Assembly: GCA_963928085.1 (NCBI GenBank)
Contig: CAWVDR010000002.1
Location: 497,398 to 561,397 of the forward strand
Direction of reading: 5' to 3'
DNA length: 64,000 nucleotides
Origin: an uncultured Atopobiaceae bacterium
Lineage (GTDB): Bacteria; Actinomycetota; Coriobacteriia; Coriobacteriales; Atopobiaceae
Each line of letters starts with the position of its first letter. Position 1 is the stretch's first letter. A model generated the notes under the pieces. That model searched no databases. It saw only the letters and a list, made by a program, of their open reading frames with translations, and was not told the DNA's origin. Positions 56,908 to 64,000 of the stretch are shown one piece after another. Position numbers and translations under genes: made by a program.

Positions 56908-57765
56908 CTAGAGGAGCCAGTCAAGCGCCTTGGGCAGCGCGGCGTTCCAGAAGTCCCAGTCGTGTCCGCCACTCATCTCATCATACGTGACGTCCAGGCC
57001 GGTGTCGCGCATGCGACCCGCAAGCATCCGGTTAGCCTCGGCGAGCGGGTCCTGATTGCCGCAGGTCATGAAGATGCGCGGGCGCGGGCGGTCGCAGTAG
57101 ACGAGGTCGGCGGCCAGGCGCGCCGGGTCCTTGTCGGAGCCGCGCACGTGCGAGAGGTCGCCAAAGGTGTGCTCGAGGAAGTCGCGCGAGAGGAAGAACA
57201 GGCCGTCGGAGGAGATGACCTGGTCAAAGTCATTGATGATCATCGCCGAGGAGAGCGACACGATGGAGCCGAACGTCTCGCAGTACTTGAGGCCGTTGCG
57301 CAGCGCGCCGTAGGCGCCCATCGAGATGCCACCGATGAACGTGTCCTCGCGGCGAGTCGAGAGCGGGAACATCCGACGCGCCACCTCCACGAGCTCCTGG
57401 CCCACGAAGCGCCCGTAGTAGTTGTGGACCTCGGGCTGGTCCAGGTAGAACGCGTTGTAGCCGGAGGGCATGACTACGGCGATCCCGTGATTCTCGGCCC
57501 AGCTGCGGATGCGGGTCTCACTGATCCAGTCCGCATGGTTGCCCGAGATGCCATGCAGCAGGAAGAGCGTCTTGAACGGGGCCTTCTTGGGCGGGTAGGG
57601 GCTCTGCTCCCAGGCGCGCATCTCGTCCTCGAGGCTGTCGCCGGCGTGGCGCATCACCGAGTCCGTGGCGTATGCGGCGCCCTGGTCGTCGACGGGGAGG
57701 ATGATCTCGAGCGTGGTGGTGCGCATGAGGGAGGAGGAGAAGTAATCAACGCTAATGAGGGCCAT
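56908..57765 (-). CDS. Alpha/beta-hydrolase esterase, paralog 2
   Basis: FLLHG ... GISMGAY ... HDW. Clearly homologous to the adjacent gene. Confidence 0.7.
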   Translation of the reverse strand: MALISVDYFSSSLMRTTTLEIILPVDDQGAAYATDSVMRHAGDSLEDEMRAWEQSPYPPKKAPFKTLFLLHGISGNHADWISETRIRSWAENHGIAVVMPSGYNAFYLDQPEVHNYYGRFVGQELVEVARRMFPLSTRREDTFIGGISMGAYGALRNGLKYCETFGSIVSLSSAMIINDFDQVISSDGLFFLSRDFLEHTFGDLSHVRGSDKDPARLAADLVYCDRPRPRIFMTCGNQDPLAEANRMLAGRMRDTGLDVTYDEMSGGHDWDFWNAALPKALDWLL

Positions 57766-57844
57766 GGGGCCTCCTTCGGTCTGGTGAGAAGAACGCGGAC
57801 CAGTATAGCGTTACGTCGGCGCACCCTTCTCGACCGCCCTTCAG

Positions 57845-57949
57845 GAGGTTTGGGTTCGTGTCACCGGTCGAATTTGCTATCCGGTTAGAAAAGCCCAGTT
57901 GGCATCAATCCGTGAGCGCGTTTGGAGCGAAACCGCGAACCCAAACCGC
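57845..57949. repeat. ~105-bp TIR-bounded element, copy 2 (inverted relative to 6410-6524)
   Basis: Termini GAGGTTTGGGTTCG ... CGAACCCAAACCGC. The reverse complement of its right end (GCGGTTTGGGTTCGCGGTTTCGCTCC) matches copy 1's left end (GAGGTTTGGGTTCGCCGTTTCGCCTC). Confidence 0.6.
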
Positions 57950-58249
57950 ATGGGAGCGTCGTCGAGGGCGCCAGAAAATGGACGGAGGCCCGCAGGACTG
58001 GGTCCCGGGGCCTCCACTTCGGCAGCTGCCAAGCTATAAGCTCTACAGAGCGAGCGCACGCGATTCGCTCTCGTCATGCCCTCGCGCCCTGCGCGCATGT
58101 GTATCATTCCTCACCGCGCGCTCGGCGACCATACCGCTCCGGCGAACGGTAGCTTTCACCGTCGGAGCACATCTCGCCGACAACTCCTCCACATGCGCTA
58201 GGATTTGTCGGGTGAACAAGACGGCCGTGCCAGAGGCGAAGGAGCGGAC

Positions 58250-58840
58250 ATGACAAAGAAGACCCCGAAGACGGCAGCCGGGCGCAAGAATCCCTCGCAG
58301 TTCCGCTTTGACGACAAGAAGTACGGCAAGGCGCTCTTCTCGGCGACCTTCGACTACAACGAGCTCTCGTTCGCCCGGGCCTCGGAGACGCTCGGCCATG
58401 GCATCCGCAACGTCGTTACCGCCGCCGCGTTTGTTGCGCTTCTCGCGCTCGTGGTCGTGCTGTTGGTGGACGAGAAGCCCACGGTGCTCGTCTTTGTGGT
58501 CTTTGCGGCGTCGCTCGCCCTGGTCTTTGCCACGACGCGCTGGGACTACCTGCAGATGCGCTACGCGCGCCGCACCACGCTCGCCCCGACGCCCCTGAGC
58601 GAGGTGCGCCACGTCGTTGTGTGCGAGGACAGTGCTCACATGGAGAACGAGGCAGGCCCGATCGGCGACTTCGACCTCGCCGACCTGCGCACCGTCCGCC
58701 AGAACAGCGACTGCGTGGTGGCCGGGTTCGGTGAGGGCCGCTACATCTATGTGCCCCGCGCCGCTCTGAGCGAGAACCGCTTCCGTGAGCTCGGGCGCTT
58801 CCTCAAGACGCGCCTCGCCGCTGCAGGCGCCAGGAGCTAG
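58250..58840 (+). CDS. YcxB-like membrane protein
   Basis: ATG at 58250 after GAAGGAG. Two TM segments followed by a C-terminal ~90-aa globular region. The assignment is tentative. Confidence 0.45.
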   Translation: MTKKTPKTAAGRKNPSQFRFDDKKYGKALFSATFDYNELSFARASETLGHGIRNVVTAAAFVALLALVVVLLVDEKPTVLVFVVFAASLALVFATTRWDYLQMRYARRTTLAPTPLSEVRHVVVCEDSAHMENEAGPIGDFDLADLRTVRQNSDCVVAGFGEGRYIYVPRAALSENRFRELGRFLKTRLAAAGARS

Positions 58841-60648
58841 TCCGCGAGCAGCGACTCCATCTCAAAGGTGAGGCAGTTCACGTAGCCGCGGTTCGTGAGG
58901 CGCAGCTCCGGCACGCACGCGAGCGACATCACACCCATCGTCATGAACGGCGAGGGCATCGTGCAGCCCATCTGCTCCCAGGCCCTTCTCGCCCCCGCGA
59001 CCTTCTCGGCCACGACCTCCACGCGCTCCGTGCTCATGAGGCCGCAGACCGGCAGCTCCACGAGTGCCAGCACCTTGCCGTCGGCCACGGCGACCTCGCC
59101 GCCGCCGCACTCCGCGAGCGTGCGCGCCGCAAGCGCCATGTCCTCGTCATTGTCTCCCATCACGAGCAGGTTGTGCGCGTCGTGGGAGACGGTCTGCGCG
59201 AGCGCGCCGTGGATCCCGAAGCCCGTGACAAAGCCGAAGGCGTGCGTGCCCGCCGCGCCGTGGTGGCGGTCAAAGACGGCGACCTTGAGGATGTCATGCG
59301 CAGGGTCCGCCTGGAGCGCGCCATCCACGACCGGCACCTCGACGATTGCGTTGCGCGTGATTGTGTCACCGGGCTCGATGGCCATCGCGCGCACGCGCGC
59401 CGTGCCGTCGGGCAGGTCGACGGGGATGCGGAAGGTCTCGACCGTGGGCTCGAGGCCAAGGTTCATCGTGTGCGTCATGAAGTCGGGCCAGGCGTAGGGC
59501 TCGACCGAGAAGAGCGCGCGGCCGTCCTCGGCGACGAGCTCGCCGTCGATGAAGACCTTGCGCGCGAAGAAGCCCTTCAGGTCGTCGAGAAGGACGATGT
59601 CGGCGCACTTGCCCGGCGTGACGGAGCCCATGTCGTTTCCAAGGCCGAAGTACTCCGCGCAGTTGATCGTCGCCATCTGCAGGGCGGTCACCGGGTCCAG
59701 GCCCAGGCGCACGCACTCTCGCAGGATGCGGTCCATGTGGCCCTCGTCCACGAGCGTGTGCGGGTGGTTGTCGTCCGAGCACAGCAGGCAGTGGCGCGTG
59801 TCCACGCCGCTCGCCACGAGCTGCGGCAGGTAGCCGGGGAGGTTGAGCCACGCCGAGCCCTGGCGCAGCTGCACCCACATGCCCATGCGCAGCTTGGCGA
59901 GCACCTCGTCGAAGCTGCCGGACTCGTGGCAGGAGGAGACGCCGGAGGCCACGTAGGCGCTGAGGCCGCGATCGCGGTCCGGCGAGGGGAAGTGGCCGGT
60001 GATGACGCGGTCGGCGCGCAGCGTCTCGCGCACCTCGTCGAGGGTGTTCTGCTCGCTGGCCAAGATGCCGGGGAAGTTCATCATCTCGCCGAGTGCGACC
60101 ACGTTGTCCCAGGTCATGCTGTCCGCGATATCCGCAGCGGTGACCTCGGCGCCCGTGTCCTCCACGCCCGTCACCGCCGGCACGCACGACGGTGGCGTCA
60201 TCATGGCCTTGAGCGGCACGCGCCGCGCGTCCTCGAACATCGCGCGCACGCCGGGCATGCCGGTGACGTTTCCCACCTCGTGCGGATCGCAGAAGATGCC
60301 GGTCGTGCCGTGCGGGACCACGGCGCGCGCGTACTCGGCCACGCCGATCATCGCGCTCTCCACGTGGATGTGGCTGTCCATGAGGCCCGGCGCGGCGTAG
60401 AGCCCGGTTGCGTCCACGACCAGCGTGTCCGGCCCGATGCAGTGCTCGGCCGTGTGCTCGCCCAGACCGAGGTAGGCCACGCGCCCGCAGGCCACGGCGA
60501 TGTCCGTGTCCGGCAGAATCTCGTGCGTGGTCACGCTCACGAGGTTGGCATGGCGAATCACCAGGTCTGCGGGCTGGGCGCCCTGCACCACGCGCACGAG
60601 CTCGTCGTTGCACTCCCAGAGCGGAACCTTGCAGAATCGGTTGATCAT
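58837..60648 (-). CDS. ade: Adenine deaminase
   Basis: ATG at 60648 after AAGGAGG. Contains APGLMDSHIHVES and the amidohydrolase fold. The ORF track's extension to 61176 has no support. Confidence 0.9.
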   Translation of the reverse strand: MINRFCKVPLWECNDELVRVVQGAQPADLVIRHANLVSVTTHEILPDTDIAVACGRVAYLGLGEHTAEHCIGPDTLVVDATGLYAAPGLMDSHIHVESAMIGVAEYARAVVPHGTTGIFCDPHEVGNVTGMPGVRAMFEDARRVPLKAMMTPPSCVPAVTGVEDTGAEVTAADIADSMTWDNVVALGEMMNFPGILASEQNTLDEVRETLRADRVITGHFPSPDRDRGLSAYVASGVSSCHESGSFDEVLAKLRMGMWVQLRQGSAWLNLPGYLPQLVASGVDTRHCLLCSDDNHPHTLVDEGHMDRILRECVRLGLDPVTALQMATINCAEYFGLGNDMGSVTPGKCADIVLLDDLKGFFARKVFIDGELVAEDGRALFSVEPYAWPDFMTHTMNLGLEPTVETFRIPVDLPDGTARVRAMAIEPGDTITRNAIVEVPVVDGALQADPAHDILKVAVFDRHHGAAGTHAFGFVTGFGIHGALAQTVSHDAHNLLVMGDNDEDMALAARTLAECGGGEVAVADGKVLALVELPVCGLMSTERVEVVAEKVAGARRAWEQMGCTMPSPFMTMGVMSLACVPELRLTNRGYVNCLTFEMESLLAD

Positions 60649-60843
60649 GACAGCCTCCTTGTGAGCGACGTTTGGACAAGGGTAGCGCGTGCGTGGCGCG
60701 CTCGCCCCGACTTTGCTAGAGTGTTCCGCGAGCGCGTTCGGTGGGTTCGGGTGACGTGACACCTCGAACCTGGTCAGGGCCGGGAGGCAGCAGCCATAAG
60801 GGGCCTCTTGCGGGCACCCGTTCCCACCGAGCGCGCTTTTCTC

Positions 60844-61341
60844 ATGCCGAGAGGAGCCACCGTGAGCGACCTGCCCTCGCACCGCCTTGACCCGCGCATG
60901 CTGCGCGTTTGGTACGTCTCGGACGTCATCGGCATCGTCGTGGTTGCCGTGCTGGCGGTGGTGGCCTGGGCGATTGTGCGCCACCTGGGCGGCGACGTCT
61001 TCTGGGTCCATCTGATCGGCGGCCTCGTGGAGCTCGTCTGCGTGGGCGATCTGCTCGTCTCGCCGCGCGTGGAGATGGCCACCTGGCGCTACGACGTCAC
61101 GCCCACCGACGTTGACCTCTACCACGGCGTCTTTGTGAAGAAGCGTGTGCTCGTGCCGCTCGTGCGCGTCCAGCACGTCCAGACCAAGCAGGGCCCCATC
61201 CTGCGTGCGAACGGCCTGGCCACGGTGACCGTCTCCACCGCGGGGGAGAGCTTCGAGATCCCCGGCCTTGCGGAAGCCGACGCGGCCGCCCTGCGCGACC
61301 GTGTGGCCGAGCTCGCGCGCCTCGCCAAGGAGGACGTGTGA
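60844..61341 (+). CDS. YdbS-like bacterial PH-domain membrane protein
   Basis: Two TM segments plus a bPH_2-like domain (YHGVFVKKRVLVPLVRVQHVQTKQGPILR). Confidence 0.7.
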   Translation: MPRGATVSDLPSHRLDPRMLRVWYVSDVIGIVVVAVLAVVAWAIVRHLGGDVFWVHLIGGLVELVCVGDLLVSPRVEMATWRYDVTPTDVDLYHGVFVKKRVLVPLVRVQHVQTKQGPILRANGLATVTVSTAGESFEIPGLAEADAAALRDRVAELARLAKEDV

Positions 61342-63047
61342 CGCCGGGCGAGAGGGACGGTCGGCCCCCGGCCCCGGGCGCGGGCGGCGCGAACCTGGCG
61401 GACCTCGGGCGCGAGGTCGAGCGCCTGGCCGTCCCGGAGCGCTCGCTCTTCGAGCGCGCCGACGACGCGACGTCCGCGGCCCTTGCCGGCCCGCACCGCG
61501 CGAACCCGCTCTCCGTGCTCGCCGAGGCGCTCAAGGCGGCCTCCGGCCTGGTGGCGCTCGTGGCGTTTGGCCTGGCGGGGGACTTCTTCGCGGGGGACGT
61601 CGACACGCTGGCCACGCTCGCCGTCGCCGCGGTCGCGATCTTCGCGGCGTGCCTGCTGCTCAGCTTCGTGGCCTGGCGCGCCCGCACGTGGGAGCTCACG
61701 GGTGACGGTCTCGTCGTGCGCTGGGGCCTGCTCAACCGCCGGCGCCTCACGATCCCCTACGAGCACATCCACACCGTCTCGATGAACTCCGCGCTGCTCG
61801 AGCGTCTGCTCGGGCTGGTGACGCTGGATCTGGACACCGGCGCGGCCGCCAGCGAGGGGGACGCCTCCAAGGTGCGGGGCCTGCGCGCCGGCGAGGCCGA
61901 GGCCCTGCGCGCGGAGCTCTTCCGTAGCAAGCGCGCGGCTGCGACGCCGGCGGGCGAGAGGGACGGCGCGCCCGCGGACGGCACCGCCGATTCCGCCGCC
62001 GAGGACCGGCCGCTCGCCACGTTCACGCTCACGGGTCGCCAGCTCGCGCTCGCCGCCGCCTCGCGGATGAGCGTGGCCAGCCAGGCCGTCGCGCTCGTGA
62101 TCCTCCTGGTCAACGGGCTGAACCAGCTCATCGAGTGGGGGCTGCTCGACCTCGCGGGCACGGGCGACGAGCTCATGGCCGCGGCCACGCCCGCGCTTGT
62201 CCCGGCGGTCGCTGCCTTCGTGCTCGCGGTTGTCGTGCTGGGCGCGGCGGTCTCGTTTGTCACCAGCCTCGTGAGCTACGCGGGCTACCGCGTGGAGCGC
62301 TACGCCGACCGCGTGGTCGTGGAGCGCGGGCTCGTCTCCCGCTCGTCGCGCACGCTCGTCGCCGGGCGCGTCCAGTACGTCACGGTGACGCAGGGCGTGA
62401 TCCGTCGCGCCATCGGCTACGCGGAGGTGAGCGCGTGGGTGGTCGCCGAGCCGGGCGAGGCGGGCGGAGAGCCCGCGGGCAGCGTGCTGCTCCACCCCTT
62501 CGTGCGCCTGGACGAGCTGGACGCGTTTCTCGCCGAGGCGCTGCCGGCCTACGCCGGCGTGCTGGGCCGCGCTGAGCTGCGGCGTCTGGGGCCGGTCGCC
62601 CTCCGCCGCGCGGTGGTGCGCGCCGTGCTCTGGTGGCCGTTCGCGACGGCGATCTTCCTCGGCGCGCACTGGCTGTTCGCCTTCTCCGGCCTGTTGGAGG
62701 ACGCGGCCTGGCTGCTGGAGCCCCTGCTCGCCGCAGCCGTCGCGCTGAGCGCTCTCTTCCTGGCGGTCCTCGTGACGGACGCCCTTCTCGCTTGGCGGGG
62801 CGCGCGTCACGGCCATACGGACCGTGAGCTGGTGCTGGTTTCCGGCGGCCTCACGCGCCGGACCGCGATCGCGCCGCGCGCCCGCCTGCAGCGGATGCGG
62901 GTCTCGCAGAGCCCCTTCCAGCGCCGCTCCGGCGTGGCGACCGTCTCCGTGCGGACGGCCTCGAACGGGGCGGGCGGCCTCGACCTGCGCGACGTGCCCG
63001 CCGCAGACGCCGACGCGCTTCTTGCGTGGTTCTGCCCGCGCGGTTAG
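61338..63047 (+). CDS. YdbT-like membrane protein with three bPH_2 repeats
   Basis: GTGA overlap with the upstream gene. The pattern of TM pairs followed by a PH-like module occurs three times. Confidence 0.7.
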   Translation: MTPGERDGRPPAPGAGGANLADLGREVERLAVPERSLFERADDATSAALAGPHRANPLSVLAEALKAASGLVALVAFGLAGDFFAGDVDTLATLAVAAVAIFAACLLLSFVAWRARTWELTGDGLVVRWGLLNRRRLTIPYEHIHTVSMNSALLERLLGLVTLDLDTGAAASEGDASKVRGLRAGEAEALRAELFRSKRAAATPAGERDGAPADGTADSAAEDRPLATFTLTGRQLALAAASRMSVASQAVALVILLVNGLNQLIEWGLLDLAGTGDELMAAATPALVPAVAAFVLAVVVLGAAVSFVTSLVSYAGYRVERYADRVVVERGLVSRSSRTLVAGRVQYVTVTQGVIRRAIGYAEVSAWVVAEPGEAGGEPAGSVLLHPFVRLDELDAFLAEALPAYAGVLGRAELRRLGPVALRRAVVRAVLWWPFATAIFLGAHWLFAFSGLLEDAAWLLEPLLAAAVALSALFLAVLVTDALLAWRGARHGHTDRELVLVSGGLTRRTAIAPRARLQRMRVSQSPFQRRSGVATVSVRTASNGAGGLDLRDVPAADADALLAWFCPRG

Positions 63048-63150
63048 CTCGACCGAGGTCGTTGCGGGCGAGAAGAACCTGTGGGCATGGGCCGGCGAGC
63101 CGCCGCCGCGGGTATACTGGAACCTCGGAAACCAACGCGCCGGAGGCCGC

Positions 63151-64000
63151 ATGGAATCGCTCTATACCAAGTATCGCCCACAGACGTTCGATCAGGTCGT
63201 GGGCCAGTCGCACGTGGTCGAGACCCTGAAGCGCGCCGTGCTCGAGGGCCGCACCAGCCACGCCTACCTCTTCTGCGGACCGCGCGGCACGGGAAAGACC
63301 ACGATGGCGCGCATCCTCGCCAAGGCGCTCATGTGCGAGAGGGGCCCGGCCGCGCTGCCCGACGGCAGCTGCGAGCAGTGCCGCCTCATCGCGGCGGGCG
63401 AGCATCCGGACGTCATCGAGCTGGACGCCGCCTCGCGCACCGGCGTGGACAACGTCCGCGAGGAGATCATCGGCCGGGTGAGCTACGCCCCGGTCATGGG
63501 CCGCGCGAAGGTCTACATCATCGACGAGGTCCACATGCTCACGCCGGCGGCGTTCAACGCGCTGCTCAAGACGCTCGAGGAGCCTCCCGAGCACGTGGTC
63601 TTTGTCATGTGCACCACCGACCCGCAGAAGATTCTCGCCACGATCCTCTCCCGCGTTCAGCGCTTTGACTTCCACTCGATCGGAAACGACGAGATGCAGG
63701 CGCACCTTGCCTACGTCTGCGGTCAGGAGGGGTTCACCTATGACGCCGCGGCGCTCGAGCTCATCGTGCGGCACGCGCGCGGCGGCATGCGCGACGCCCT
63801 GACCTCGCTCGAGCAGCTCTCCGTCTTTGGCGCGGGCCACATCGGGCTCGAGGCGACCCAGGACCTGCTCGGCGAGGTCTCCGGCTCCGTGCTGGGCAAG
63901 ATGGCGCGCGCAATGGCGCACCGGGACGTGGCGACGCTCTTCGGTGAGGTTTCGAAGCTCGCCGATGCTGGCCGCGACCTGCTGCGCTTTACGCGCGAGC
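63151..64000 (+). CDS. dnaX: DNA polymerase III subunit gamma/tau (5' part, runs off the window)
   Basis: Starts MESLYTKYRPQTFDQVVGQ after GGAGG. Contains Walker A GPRGTGKTT and the zinc module CEQC. It is absent from the ORF track because there is no stop codon inside the window. Confidence 0.9.
   Translation, partial: MESLYTKYRPQTFDQVVGQSHVVETLKRAVLEGRTSHAYLFCGPRGTGKTTMARILAKALMCERGPAALPDGSCEQCRLIAAGEHPDVIELDAASRTGVDNVREEIIGRVSYAPVMGRAKVYIIDEVHMLTPAAFNALLKTLEEPPEHVVFVMCTTDPQKILATILSRVQRFDFHSIGNDEMQAHLAYVCGQEGFTYDAAALELIVRHARGGMRDALTSLEQLSVFGAGHIGLEATQDLLGEVSGSVLGKMARAMAHRDVATLFGEVSKLADAGRDLLRFTRE

Noticed and set aside
60649-60843. Purine riboswitch in the adenine deaminase leader
   Set aside because: No three-way-junction consensus is visible on the minus strand (TATAAT ... 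TGGATATGG ... CTACCGGG-type).
60649-61176. N-terminal 176-aa extension of the adenine deaminase ORF in the track
   Set aside because: The extension overlaps the divergent ydbS-like gene and is His/Asp/Arg-rich. A canonical AAGGAGG-ATG start lies at 60648, where homology to adenine deaminases begins.
63048-63150. SRP RNA (ffs), which often precedes dnaX
   Set aside because: Only ~100 nt are available, and the conserved SRP domain IV motifs are absent.

Overview
GC-rich actinobacterial chromosome segment. By inference from gene content it is probably from an anaerobic, Coriobacteriia-like lineage: PFOR, a fused murT-gatD, and an FHA/PP2C/RodA-PBP/PknB cluster. No database search was possible. 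Almost all of the window is housekeeping: a PafBC-like WYL regulator pair, two aminopeptidases, argG-argH, purB, purC, purH, serS, gluQ, pgi, trxA, PFOR (nifJ), ribokinase and nucleoside hydrolase, adenine deaminase, the start of dnaX, two two-component systems (OmpR-type and LytS/LytTR-type), the conserved cell-wall and Ser/Thr-phosphosignalling cluster, and six singleton tRNA genes. I found no CRISPR array, rRNA, transposase, integrase, prophage or recognisable defence system. The unusual content is non-coding or architectural. (1) One nuclease-like ORF is exactly enclosed by ~110-bp inverted repeats that are themselves hairpins, next to tRNA-Leu. (2) A modular intergenic repeat family is built from degenerate 30-31-bp units (GACAAGGGCGGCAATTCTAGAA-like) and occurs at five or more loci. 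(3) A co-varying palindrome (AAGGGACAGTCCCTT core) abuts the stop codons of four genes, and a perfect 59-nt direct repeat of it brackets an ene-reductase gene. (4) Two further small TIR-bounded repeat families are present. (5) There are natural RodA-PBP and MurT-GatD gene fusions. CDS starts were refined from the ORF track using RBS and start-codon context. Repeat boundaries were read by eye and may be off by a few nucleotides.
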